Below, piece after piece: positions 39,999 through 49,800 of a stretch of 64,000 bases of DNA. The stretch is from positions 96,001 through 160,000 of the forward strand of contig CAYLJV010000002.1 in assembly GCA_964384105.1 (NCBI GenBank). The letters are read 5' to 3'. Origin of the DNA: Candidatus Hadarchaeota archaeon. GTDB taxonomy: Archaea > Hadarchaeota > Hadarchaeia > Hadarchaeales > JAGGTB01. Every line of letters starts with the position of its first letter. Positions within the stretch are counted from its first letter, which is position 1. The position numbers were made by a program, and so were the translations under genes. The notes beneath the pieces are model-generated. The model did no database searches and was not told the DNA's origin. It saw only the letters and a list, made by a program, of their open reading frames with translations.

Positions 39999-40388
39999 AT
40001 GGATACTTTAAAAAATATATTTGCAAAGAAAAAAAGCACCTCGAAAGACGAGGCGACTACAGAAAGCGGTTACGACGTCCCAATAATAGAGGTCTCAGAA
40101 ACCAGGGCCTCCAAGAGAATTGGTGAAATAGAGCCGATTCTGGTAAAAAGTATGGATTTAAACAGTCTCGTGGACGTACAAGAAGTTTCAGCGGAACTTA
40201 GAGAAGGAAACATAATCATACTAAATATATCACCGCTTATGGAAGAAGACCCGGGAGAACTCAAAAGAGCAATAGACCAGTTGAAAAACGTTACAAATGA
40301 AGTCGGAGGAGACGTAGGTCGGTTATCAGAAACTCGAATAATCGCAACTCCAAAGCTAGTAAAGATCCAGTTTAGAAGAAAGGGCTAA
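39999..40388 (+). CDS. sepF: Cell division protein SepF
   Basis: ELREGNIIILNI...LKRAIDQLK...GGDV...IIATP pattern of archaeal SepF. Confidence 0.83.
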   Translation: MDTLKNIFAKKKSTSKDEATTESGYDVPIIEVSETRASKRIGEIEPILVKSMDLNSLVDVQEVSAELREGNIIILNISPLMEEDPGELKRAIDQLKNVTNEVGGDVGRLSETRIIATPKLVKIQFRRKG

Positions 40389-40480
40389 AAGAAAAAGCCG
40401 CATTAAAACCTATTTTTGGCTAATCGCTTCTATTATTACGCAATGCTAAAATTAAATCCAGAGAATATTATACCTAATAT

Positions 40481-42391
40481 TTAGTGCAATCGAGTAGTCT
40501 CAAGATTCTTTGGCGAACTCGTTTTTATCTTAAATAGCTTGTGCAGAGACCTGCAGAGATCCACACACCTTCGTTTATCCCCATGGACACATAGTATACG
40601 TCTTGGTTTTGGAGAAGAGCTCCTGACAAAATCCACAAGTTGAGCCCTATCTGAATGGGCACTGAAACCTTCCACAGTCTCGATATCCATATTCACTTTT
40701 ACAACATCTTTCTTTCCATTATCATTTCTCATTGGCACCTCTCTCCAGCCCTTTTGTATTCTCCGACCCAAAGAGCCTTCACACTGATAACCAACAAATA
40801 CTAGCGAATTATCTGGATCAGGCGCCAATCTTCTAAAGTAATCTAGGACCGGTCCTCCAGCCATCATACCGGCAGTTGAAAGTATTACTGACGGACCACC
40901 ACTCATTACTTTCTCTCTTTTTTCGACACTTTTTACTTTCTCAAATATATCTGATAAGAAAGGATTCAGATCCTGATGGAGAATCTTATTTTGTAAATCT
41001 TTCGACAGATATTCCGGATAGGCCGTATGAATACTAGTAGCCTCCCAAATCATTCCATCGAGATAAACCGGCAAATCATCGAAGACTCCATTCCTATTGT
41101 AATCTTCTAGCAACAACATTATCTCTTGGGCCCGCCCAACAGCAAAGGCAGGAACCAGGACTTTACCCCCTCTTTTGATAGTCCTCTTAACAATATCCAA
41201 GAACTGTTTCTCCGAATCTTTTCGAGACGGTTGCATACTATCTGAACCACCGTAGGTGCTCTCCATTATCAGAGCCTCCAAACGAGGGTAATTGTGATTT
41301 GCAGGAGATAGTAGTCTAGACTTTTCGAATTTCAAATCGCCCGTATACACAATGTTGTAAAGACCCTCGCCGATGTGGAGATGCGCAAGAGCGGATCCTA
41401 AAATGTGACCTGAATTATGCAGAGTCAACCTGACATCCGGACAGATATCCGTAACATCCCCATAATCCAGCGGGATAGCGTGCTTCACGAATTCTTTGAC
41501 ATCTTTTTTGGTATAGGGTATATCCTTTCCCTCATTCCTCGCGATATCAACGTAATCAAACTGCAGTAAAACAGCTAGATCTCTGGTTGGAGTAGTACAG
41601 TAAACTGGACCATCGTAACCGTACCTGTAGAGATAGGGTATAAAACCGGAATGATCCAAGTGAGCGTGAGTTACAATAACCGCATCGAGTTCGTGTAATC
41701 TAACCTCAGGCGCATCTATATACGGGTAAGCATCACGGCCCTCAGCTGCCACATTTACTCCACAATCCAGAAGAATCTTGCTTTCAGGAGTTTGAAGTAG
41801 ATTAGCAGAACGACCTACTTCCCTTGAACCTCCCAAAGAAGTAAATCTTATCCAATCCTCCTCGCTTTTTGATTCTCTATGGATCCGCTCACCAATCCGC
41901 CTAAGTATCTCCTGCCTCTCCTTAGACTCCAAGATCATAGATCTTCTAATATCGTTCACTATCTCTGACTTGATCGGAGGCGCACGGACTACCCGAGGAG
42001 TCCAACGGACCTCTTTCAGGATCTTACGGAGTAGACTTCCGCCCTTACCAATAACAAGTCCCGGCTTCTCGGCCTCTATAATTACTTCACCGATAGTGGG
42101 AACAAAAATCAGATCTTCTATATTAGCCTCTTCCGGCACTAATTTTTTTATCTTCTTTTTAGCCTCCTCCGGTGGAAGCCTTATCGACGAAGCCGGACGG
42201 AGAGTGATACGTTTCTGGATCTTTTTAGCTAAATTTTTAACTAAACGTCCATCCTCAACTAGAGGCTTCAGATCATCGCAATAAATCACTACTTTTGGTC
42301 CTTCAAAGTCTACACTAGTAACTGATCCAGCAAATGGAGTGTCCTCTTTTATAACTTCTTTTATCTCTTCAATTACGTCTTCAGTCGACAT
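40481..42391 (-). CDS. Beta-CASP ribonuclease aCPSF1 (FttA) with KH domains
   Basis: KPGLVIGKGG, HAHLDH, GHILGS, ESTYG, FSAHSD, VHG; downstream of psmB. Confidence 0.95.
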   Translation of the reverse strand: MSTEDVIEEIKEVIKEDTPFAGSVTSVDFEGPKVVIYCDDLKPLVEDGRLVKNLAKKIQKRITLRPASSIRLPPEEAKKKIKKLVPEEANIEDLIFVPTIGEVIIEAEKPGLVIGKGGSLLRKILKEVRWTPRVVRAPPIKSEIVNDIRRSMILESKERQEILRRIGERIHRESKSEEDWIRFTSLGGSREVGRSANLLQTPESKILLDCGVNVAAEGRDAYPYIDAPEVRLHELDAVIVTHAHLDHSGFIPYLYRYGYDGPVYCTTPTRDLAVLLQFDYVDIARNEGKDIPYTKKDVKEFVKHAIPLDYGDVTDICPDVRLTLHNSGHILGSALAHLHIGEGLYNIVYTGDLKFEKSRLLSPANHNYPRLEALIMESTYGGSDSMQPSRKDSEKQFLDIVKRTIKRGGKVLVPAFAVGRAQEIMLLLEDYNRNGVFDDLPVYLDGMIWEATSIHTAYPEYLSKDLQNKILHQDLNPFLSDIFEKVKSVEKREKVMSGGPSVILSTAGMMAGGPVLDYFRRLAPDPDNSLVFVGYQCEGSLGRRIQKGWREVPMRNDNGKKDVVKVNMDIETVEGFSAHSDRAQLVDFVRSSSPKPRRILCVHGDKRRCVDLCRSLHKLFKIKTSSPKNLETTRLH

Positions 42392-42417
42392 GCGAAACAG
42401 CCTTTTGTGTTAATCAA

Positions 42418-43047
42418 TCAATTTTCGATTATTTCCTTAATCTCTTCAGGAGACAATTCTTGATAGCCATCCTCGGTGATTTTGGCTATTGTTATTCCAT
42501 TTCCAGTACCTATATCTCGTTCTATGGCAGACTGGAGAGCTTTTATCACCAATGGTACCGCCTCGTCCACGGTCATATTTTCCCTATACTCGGACTCTAA
42601 AAGTCCATAAGCCATAGGAGAACCTGAACCTGTGGATAACATAGTCTCTTCTATCAGGGACCCATCCATATTAAGCAGATAGAGATTTGGCCCCGTCTCG
42701 TCCATTCCCGCCATAATAAGCACAGCCAGATACGGAAAGATTCGCGAAGAAGAAAACATGTTCGAAGCTATCTTGGCGGCAGCTCTAACTCTAATCGGGT
42801 ATCCTTCTTTTCTAAGATAATATTTTGTCTCGGCCCTCAGCATTCTAACCAATTTTTGGGTATCGCCAACACTACCCGCTACAGTTACTCCTATCCGATC
42901 CGTGATCTTATACAATTTTTGAGCAGTTTTACTCGCAATCTCGTAACCTGCAGTTGCTCTTTTATCGGTACCTAAGACTACCCCATTCTTGCAAACCAAA
43001 CCAACAGTGGTAGTACCCTTAAGATACTCTATTTGTTCTTTCTCCAA
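42418..43047 (-). CDS. psmB: Proteasome beta subunit
   Basis: G|TTTVG processing site, DKRAT, GSGS, ERD motifs; probable TTG start after GAGGT. Confidence 0.95.
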   Translation of the reverse strand: MEKEQIEYLKGTTTVGLVCKNGVVLGTDKRATAGYEIASKTAQKLYKITDRIGVTVAGSVGDTQKLVRMLRAETKYYLRKEGYPIRVRAAAKIASNMFSSSRIFPYLAVLIMAGMDETGPNLYLLNMDGSLIEETMLSTGSGSPMAYGLLESEYRENMTVDEAVPLVIKALQSAIERDIGTGNGITIAKITEDGYQELSPEEIKEIIEN

Positions 43048-43212
43048 TGTAAAAACCTCAAGGCTAAAAATGTCCCAAAAGGACATTGGAAACTTCTTTT
43101 AAACTCCTATATAAAACTCTCGGAAGCTCGCAACTTAACCATTTCAACCAAGGTTTCTTATGGCCTACTAAGTTTTATGTCTAAACAGTTTAAAAATTGA
43201 AGCGGCCTTAAC

Positions 43213-44259
43213 ATGAAAAAAGCGAAAAGAATGGAACTCCCCCGAGAGGTGTGGATGGGTCCAAGAGTTATAGAAAAAGTGTCCAAGACCTGTAAAAGCC
43301 TTTCTTTGGGAAAAAAAGCACACATAGTCTCAGGTAAAAAGACCTACCAGATAGCCGGAAAAAAGATAGAGGAATTTTTATCTGAATCCGACTTCAAAAT
43401 AGGGCACTCAATCATAAAGGACGCAGATATGGAAACGATGAAGAAACTGAAAGAAGAAATAGGGGACAGTTCCGACTTTTTATTGGGAGTTGGGGGTGGA
43501 ACTTGTATAGACGCCGCTAAATTTGTCTCCTTTAAGCTAAAAATACCTTTTATAAGCGTCCCAACAGCAGCAGCACACGACGGCATATCCTCCTCCCGAG
43601 CATCAATAAAAGGAGAGAAAAAATCTACTTCTATTCAGGCTCAGGCTCCAATAGCTATCCTCGCGGACACCCTTGTGATAAGAGATTCCCCATACAAACT
43701 GACCGCCGCGGGTTGTGGAGACATGATCGCAAATTACACGGCCGTCTTAGATTGGAAACTTGCCCATAAGGAGAAAGGAGAGCCCATAAGCGAGTATGCG
43801 GCAGCACTTTCCAAAATGAGTGCAAAACTCATAGTAAAAAATGCCAGTGAAATAATGGAAGGAAACGAGGAAAGCTCTCGAAAGATAGTAAAAGCCCTGA
43901 TCAGTAGCGGGGTTGCCATGAGCATAGCCGGAAGCAGTAGACCTGCTAGCGGTTCGGAACACCTGTTCAGCCACGCACTTGATCAACTGGCACCACAATC
44001 TGCGCTACACGGGGAACAATGCGGAGTCGGATCGATAATGGCGATGTATTTGCACGGAAAGGACTGGAAATCTGTGAAAAAAGCCCTAAAAAATGTAGGC
44101 GCTCCCACAAATTCACGAGAACTAGGTATAGAACCTAAATACATAATCGAATCCTTAGAAACGGCCCATGAAATCCGGCCAGATAGATACACGATATTGG
44201 GAGACGGGATAGGAAGAAAAAAAGCGGAAAAAGTAGCCAGAGAAACTGAAGTTATCTAA
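43213..44259 (+). CDS. egsA: sn-glycerol-1-phosphate dehydrogenase
   Basis: GVGGG..ID, PTAAAHDG, SRPASGSEHLFSH, HGEQCG, RYTILG motifs. Confidence 0.95.
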   Translation: MKKAKRMELPREVWMGPRVIEKVSKTCKSLSLGKKAHIVSGKKTYQIAGKKIEEFLSESDFKIGHSIIKDADMETMKKLKEEIGDSSDFLLGVGGGTCIDAAKFVSFKLKIPFISVPTAAAHDGISSSRASIKGEKKSTSIQAQAPIAILADTLVIRDSPYKLTAAGCGDMIANYTAVLDWKLAHKEKGEPISEYAAALSKMSAKLIVKNASEIMEGNEESSRKIVKALISSGVAMSIAGSSRPASGSEHLFSHALDQLAPQSALHGEQCGVGSIMAMYLHGKDWKSVKKALKNVGAPTNSRELGIEPKYIIESLETAHEIRPDRYTILGDGIGRKKAEKVARETEVI

Positions 44260-44272
44260 ATCTTTCTCAACC

Positions 44273-44935
44273 CTATTCATCCCTTACATCCAAAAGGTTA
44301 ATCTCGAACTCGTTATTTTCATAGATAAATTCTGCAGCATAACCTTCGCTGATAGGACCCGCGTTCACAACAGTAGTTCGACCAAAATTTTCTATTCCTC
44401 TGGCCTCATGAATATGTGCACAGAAATTTATGAGGGGTTTTCTCTCAGAGACGATTCTCCAGACACTTTTGCTTCCAGCATGGATATTATCAGAGGTCAA
44501 ATCTGATTGGGTTCCATAAGGGGGAACATGTGTCACCAGAATCCATCCGCCCTCAACTTGTCCCGTTAAAGAGTCTAACTCGTTCCAGATCTCTGATTCG
44601 GTGAGCTCAAAAGGAGTGCTAAATGGAGTTTTGTTCGATCCACCAAGTCCAACGAAAGTTAGACCGTTAAAATTTCTTATTTTGGAATGAAGATTAATAT
44701 CACGACTTTCTAAAACCTCTACAATTCCTTTAGGATCACAGTTTCCGGGAATAGAAAAAATAGGTACGTTGGCCTTATCAATTCTATTAAACAGTTCATC
44801 AGCTTGGCAAGGAGCTCCAAGCTGGGTAAGATCACCAAGAATAACCAAAAGATCGTATCCGTTTTCTAGAAAATTTTCTAGGTTACTGCCAGAACAGGAC
44901 TTTCCATGAAAATCGGAAGCAACTAAAACTCTCAA
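44273..44935 (-). CDS. Calcineurin-like (Icc-related) metallophosphoesterase
   Basis: SDFHG, GDLT, PGNCD, HVPPY, HIHE motifs. Confidence 0.87.
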   Translation of the reverse strand: MRVLVASDFHGKSCSGSNLENFLENGYDLLVILGDLTQLGAPCQADELFNRIDKANVPIFSIPGNCDPKGIVEVLESRDINLHSKIRNFNGLTFVGLGGSNKTPFSTPFELTESEIWNELDSLTGQVEGGWILVTHVPPYGTQSDLTSDNIHAGSKSVWRIVSERKPLINFCAHIHEARGIENFGRTTVVNAGPISEGYAAEFIYENNEFEINLLDVRDE

Positions 44936-44994
44936 GCTCTCCCCTTGTTTGATAGATATTATTAATAATTAAAGATAAGGTAAACCGCAAAAAA

Positions 44995-45876
44995 TTAACA
45001 CGAACGTATTACAAGCTCCCCCCTGTCCACGTCAAAACTTTTTGCAACTGGATTGCACTTAGCCCTCAAAATGTAAACGAGCCTGTTCTCAAACTCTTTT
45101 TCAAACTCGGAAATCGTTTCAAAATTACCCATTCCCTTACTTATAATTAAATCCGCTTTCTCTAATTGCTCCCTAAACTTCGGCGAAATATCCTCAAGAA
45201 AAAGTCCCACTTTACCTCCCGTCGCAAAAACCTCCCCAAATCTCTCGATACCTATCTCAGAAGCTACCTCTAAAGTTACGTCTTCCTGAACTGGTTTAGA
45301 CTTCACACCAATTGACAGCCCTATTTCCAGATCTCTGATCTCCTCCATGAGTATCTGATCTAAAATTATTTCACCACAATTATCAGCTAGATAAACAATC
45401 TCGTCACTCGATAGGATTTTCGAAGCTATCTTTGATGAATCATCTATCCCCAACCTTCCATTGACAAGCCTTTTGAACTCGGAATAGAACTCATCCGGGT
45501 CAAAATCGTAACCTGAAACTCCAAACTCCATAGAATTCGCAGCAGCAGCCACCTTCAACGACATTTCAAGTCTCTTCTTCTTTTTATCTAAATCTTTCAA
45601 CAAACCCTCGGCAGGAGATTTTAGCTTGGAAGCAGTTTTATTAGACGTTTTCTTTAGTTCCTCGTAAGGATCAAAATTCGAAGTAACCTCTCTCATTATA
45701 TTGCTTCTTTCAGAACCGTAAAAAGGGGGAGTTTTTCTTCCTTTTAGATTGGAATATAAAAACTCTAAAAATTTACCAATTGCCTTGAACTGTAATTCCT
45801 CGTCATCTGTAGAAATTTCAGCCTGTCTAACAGCAGTTTCTATAAGACACGGGATACATTCACGTTGAAGTTTCAT
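44995..45876 (-). CDS. DUF89/ARMT1-like damage-control phosphatase
   Basis: ECIPC, DNCGEIILD, ISKGMGNFE, RAKC motifs. Confidence 0.88.
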   Translation of the reverse strand: MKLQRECIPCLIETAVRQAEISTDDEELQFKAIGKFLEFLYSNLKGRKTPPFYGSERSNIMREVTSNFDPYEELKKTSNKTASKLKSPAEGLLKDLDKKKKRLEMSLKVAAAANSMEFGVSGYDFDPDEFYSEFKRLVNGRLGIDDSSKIASKILSSDEIVYLADNCGEIILDQILMEEIRDLEIGLSIGVKSKPVQEDVTLEVASEIGIERFGEVFATGGKVGLFLEDISPKFREQLEKADLIISKGMGNFETISEFEKEFENRLVYILRAKCNPVAKSFDVDRGELVIRSC

Positions 45877-45886
45877 AGGTATTACC

Positions 45887-46423
45887 TCATGGGAAGACTA
45901 ACCTAATTTTCTCTCTTTCGAGTCTCTCATGCAATTTTGGATTATCCCTAGCTAATTCCCCATACTCTAATGGGCTCAATATTCTTGCCTCAATATCTCT
46001 CCCAATTTTCGAAGAAACATCATTTAAAACTTTTTTAATTCTCTTCGAGTCTCCTCTCTTCAATATTAGTAGTTCTATCGAACTATCCGGAGCATAAGTC
46101 CCCTTGGCAGCAGATCCGATTAGATAAACAGATTTAATGTCATTCACGCCCTCGAAAGCCGAGATAAGCTCAGATATTGTTAAAAGAACCCTTAACTGCC
46201 TAACTAGTGGGTTTCCCAACCTAATTTTGTAAAATTTTTTTCTACCATCGGTTTTTTCTGATAGTATTCCATTATTAGTCAGATTTTTCAACCACTTTAT
46301 CGTAGTGGCTTTAGAAAGATTGAGTTTATTACCGATCTCTTTGGAATAAAACTCCTTATCCGGATTCTTGCAGAAAAGCTCGAGCATATCAACAGAAGCC
46401 TGAGAGCCCAAAAAATCTAACAT
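45887..46423 (-). CDS. Winged-HTH protein fused to a minimal nucleotidyltransferase-fold domain (degenerate)
   Basis: N-terminal wHTH (EIGNKLNLSKAT...L...G.L); C-terminal VYLIGSAAKG....DSSIELLIL. Confidence 0.75.
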   Translation of the reverse strand: MLDFLGSQASVDMLELFCKNPDKEFYSKEIGNKLNLSKATTIKWLKNLTNNGILSEKTDGRKKFYKIRLGNPLVRQLRVLLTISELISAFEGVNDIKSVYLIGSAAKGTYAPDSSIELLILKRGDSKRIKKVLNDVSSKIGRDIEARILSPLEYGELARDNPKLHERLEREKIRLVFP

Positions 46424-46489
46424 ACTATCCCGATTAAGGTCTAAAATATTAAACCTATAACTATTTCCCTCTTTGCCAAAAATAATGTA

Positions 46490-47539
46490 CTACTCGAAAA
46501 CCACCGGAGTCTTGTTCTTGTACTCAGCTACGGTAAGAACCCTTGTATCACTCTTATCCGCAGTTTTCCAAACTTTTTCGGTTCTCTCTCGGAAATTTTT
46601 CTCTCGAGTAAGGTGGTGATCATATAGAATTAGCTTAGAACTAGTCTCCTCTATTATTCTGGATATGTTCTCGACAGCTCTATCGAGATTGGTCTGATTA
46701 AGCATATAACCTAAAAGATAAGTAGCCGGTCCATCCAGGTAAAGAAAATCCGGATCTTGATCTATAATCCAATCAGCATAGTCCTCAACAGTAGGGCCCT
46801 GTAAATCAGATGAATGAACAAAACTCTTGTTCCCCCTTTGAACCACTGTTGAAAAAACCCAACCAGTCTTAGAAAGCTCTATCCCGTGAAAGATAGAATG
46901 TGTAAATTTTAGAGTCGTAGAACCGAACTCTATCTCTTTCCCTTCTGGAAACTCAACTTTTATGTTATCAAAGTCCAACTCTGGAATTTTTTCGTATGAA
47001 TTCCAATTTTTGGTCCTTTTCCAATACAGATCTAACCATTTCTGGATCAACTCATCTCTTCTCGAATTGTATTCCTCAAAGTCCATATCTCTAGCATGAG
47101 GAATCTCATCCAACGGATCCCCATAATCTTTTTCCGAACGCTCCTCCATCAAATCCTCGAGCCTAACTCCACCAAAATTCTGACAAATATTATCGAAGAA
47201 CTTAGATGCCCTCTCTCGCTGAGAATTGTTAATGAATTCATTGGGATTTTTAACCAGAAGCAACTTTCCACTGTAAAGATCCTCATCGAAATCGGTAAAA
47301 TGATCGTAGTGATAATGGGAAATTACCATCACATCGGCTCTTCTACTGGCCTCTTTGATAGAAAGCCACGAACGGGACTTCCAGTAGGATTTTTTAACAT
47401 CGGAAGCAGGAAAACTAGGCTGCATCACAGCAACTCCTGGGTCTATAAGCACGTTAACTTCGGGAGTTTCAACGAGAGTACAAGTCGTCTTCGCACCAAG
47501 AGAATCTGCCCAAAGAGGGTTGAAAGAGATATCGTTCAT
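46490..47539 (-). CDS. Metallo-beta-lactamase-fold hydrolase (UPF0282-like)
   Basis: DSLGAK, LIDPGVA, ISHYHYDH, SSDLQGP, DHHL motifs. Confidence 0.8.
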   Translation of the reverse strand: MNDISFNPLWADSLGAKTTCTLVETPEVNVLIDPGVAVMQPSFPASDVKKSYWKSRSWLSIKEASRRADVMVISHYHYDHFTDFDEDLYSGKLLLVKNPNEFINNSQRERASKFFDNICQNFGGVRLEDLMEERSEKDYGDPLDEIPHARDMDFEEYNSRRDELIQKWLDLYWKRTKNWNSYEKIPELDFDNIKVEFPEGKEIEFGSTTLKFTHSIFHGIELSKTGWVFSTVVQRGNKSFVHSSDLQGPTVEDYADWIIDQDPDFLYLDGPATYLLGYMLNQTNLDRAVENISRIIEETSSKLILYDHHLTREKNFRERTEKVWKTADKSDTRVLTVAEYKNKTPVVFE

Positions 47540-47619
47540 ACTGACTTATTATTAAAGTATCATTCAAAATAGAATTTAGGTATATTAATCTCTTTTAGAC
47601 CGAACTTTAGAGAGTATAT

Positions 47620-48540
47620 TTAGAGATAATCCAACCAGAACTCGTATTCAGACCTCTTACCTTTCACAGTATCAAAGAATATCGACTGCAGTTTTTCGGT
47701 AATTTCCCCTCTCTTACCACTGCCGATCTCATGTCCATCGATTTCTCTTATCGGGGTCACTTCAGCCGCAGTTCCTGTGAAAAATGCCTCATCTGCAGAC
47801 AAAAGTCGTTCTTCTGTAAAGTCTTCCTCTATCACCGAAATACCCAGATCAGACGCTATTTTTATAATGGAATCTCTGGTTATGCCTTCTAGAACACCTG
47901 ATGACAGAGGTGGAGTTATTATCTCACCATCTTCAACTATGAAAAGATTCTCTCCTGGACCCTCCGTTATATTACCCTCTAAATTCTTCAAAATCGCCTC
48001 ATCGAAGTCTCTTCCCAAAGCATCGAGCTTCGCTAATATTGAATTTGCATAATTAGCCACGGTCTTCGAGTGAGGTGGCAATATCCTTGAACTGATCTTT
48101 CGCCATTGTGTAATAGTGGCTTTTATACCATTTTTTAGTCCCTCTTCTCCAAGATACGAACCCCAAGGCCAAACGGCTATTGCAACCTCTACAGGCGCAC
48201 CTTGGGGATTCAGACCCATCTTCCCATAGCCGTAATACCCAAGTGGCCTTATATAGCACTCCTCAAGGTCATTTTTCGTAACGGTAAGCCTCACAGCGTC
48301 GATGAGTTCACTCACAGAATATGGTAAATTCATCTTCACGATATTGGAGGATTTTTCAAATCTCTTCATGTGGTCCTCCAAGCGGAATATCGCTGGGCCG
48401 CTATCAGTTTTGTAGCACCTGATACCCTCAAAGATTCCAAGTCCATAATGAAGAGTATGAGTAAGGATGTGCACCTTTGCCTCATCCCAGGGAACCAGCT
48501 CCCCGCTCATCCAAATATAATCTGTAGGAATCAATGACAT
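47620..48540 (-). CDS. ilvE: Branched-chain amino acid aminotransferase
   Basis: LHYGLGIFEG, YIRP, EGPGENLF, LEGITR, FTGTAAEVTP motifs. Confidence 0.95.
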   Translation of the reverse strand: MSLIPTDYIWMSGELVPWDEAKVHILTHTLHYGLGIFEGIRCYKTDSGPAIFRLEDHMKRFEKSSNIVKMNLPYSVSELIDAVRLTVTKNDLEECYIRPLGYYGYGKMGLNPQGAPVEVAIAVWPWGSYLGEEGLKNGIKATITQWRKISSRILPPHSKTVANYANSILAKLDALGRDFDEAILKNLEGNITEGPGENLFIVEDGEIITPPLSSGVLEGITRDSIIKIASDLGISVIEEDFTEERLLSADEAFFTGTAAEVTPIREIDGHEIGSGKRGEITEKLQSIFFDTVKGKRSEYEFWLDYL

Positions 48541-48630
48541 AAGCTCACGACGTATATAACTACTGGGCATTAATATTAACTCTTACTAAGAAATAACCTC
48601 TACAAATCATCGAAGCCCAGCAACATGACA

Positions 48631-48855
48631 TTAATTGTCCTTCAGATAGTCTCTGACTACCTTCAGAGCACATAATTCAGAACACATGCTGCAAGTTTCG
48701 GGATCAAGCACCGATGGCTTCTTCTCTCTGAAACGTCTGGCTCTTTCAGGGTCCAGGGAAAGTTCAAATTGTCTTTCCCAATCTAAATATTTCTTAGAAT
48801 AGACTTCCTTCATTTCCTGAGTGGCTTTACCTTTCCTAGCTTCTTCTAATTGCAT
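48631..48855 (-). pseudogene. Internally deleted ThiC-family remnant (N-terminus joined in frame to the C-terminal Fe-S segment)
   Basis: MQLEEARKG...EMKEV resembles the ThiC start; LDWERQFELSLDPERAR...CSMCSELCAL resembles the ThiC end; the catalytic core is missing. Confidence 0.75.
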
Positions 48856-48920
48856 TTAATCTCTTACCACTGATTCTACAACAAACTAAATAACTTTGGG
48901 TATAAGAAACATTCACTACA

Positions 48921-49742
48921 ATGCCACCAATCGGAATAATAACCGACTTCGGAGAGAAGGACTATTTTGTTGGATCCATGAAAGGAGTAATACTTTCGAT
49001 AAATCCGAAAGCTCAAATAATCGATATAACCCACGAAATATCGAAACACGATATTCGCTCTGCCAGCTTCATACTCGCAAACGCAGCTAAGACATTTCCC
49101 AAAGGGACAGTATTTCTTGTTGTGATAGATCCTGGGGTCGGAACAAAAAGAAAATGTATATCTCTAAAGACGAAGAACGGACTGACATTCGTTGGACCAG
49201 ATAACGGAGTATTTACTCAAGTTTCAGAAGATTTTGGAATACAGGAAATTCGCGAGGTTTCGAATAAAAACTTGATGAGATCAACTATCTCAAACACTTT
49301 TCATGGAAGGGATGTGATGGCTCCAGTGGCTGCTCACCTTAGTTTAGGTATTGAAAATTCTAAAATCGGACCAGAATTAGAAGAAATAAAATTATTGGAA
49401 ATAGAAAAGCCAGAAATATCCAAGGGCGAAATAAAAGGTGAGATTCTGCACATAGATGACTTCGGAAATGTGGTCACGAACATAAAACAAGAACTGGTGA
49501 AAAAGATCGCAAAAACAGGGGGTAAATTAGAAATAAGAATAAACAAGGAAAGATTGGAAGCTCCCTTTGTAGATGATTTTTCCAGAGTTCCTAAAGGAAA
49601 CGTTCTCTGCTATATTGGAAGCGCAGGTGTCCTCGAAATAGCCAAAAATCAGGGAAATCTCGCAGACGATTTAAAAGTAGAAAGAAATAGCAAGGTCCAT
49701 ATAAAAACAATAACACAACAGTCACAGAACTCAGACTTTTAG
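48921..49742 (+). CDS. SAM hydrolase / SAM-dependent halogenase family (DUF62)
   Basis: TDFG..D, DITH, VIDPGVGT.R, GPDNG, TFHGRD, DDFGN motifs. Confidence 0.92.
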   Translation: MPPIGIITDFGEKDYFVGSMKGVILSINPKAQIIDITHEISKHDIRSASFILANAAKTFPKGTVFLVVIDPGVGTKRKCISLKTKNGLTFVGPDNGVFTQVSEDFGIQEIREVSNKNLMRSTISNTFHGRDVMAPVAAHLSLGIENSKIGPELEEIKLLEIEKPEISKGEIKGEILHIDDFGNVVTNIKQELVKKIAKTGGKLEIRINKERLEAPFVDDFSRVPKGNVLCYIGSAGVLEIAKNQGNLADDLKVERNSKVHIKTITQQSQNSDF

Positions 49743-49800
49743 TCTATTTAAAAAAGTTAAAAAGTAGCCAGCCGAGTTTTTTAAAGAGGAAGGGAAAAAT

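Noticed and set aside
48921-49742. DUF62 gene as a fluorinase/chlorinase
   Set aside because: The Asp/Arg/His-type motifs (DPGVGTKR, TFHGRD) fit the common archaeal SAM hydrolase; nothing supports halogenase activity.
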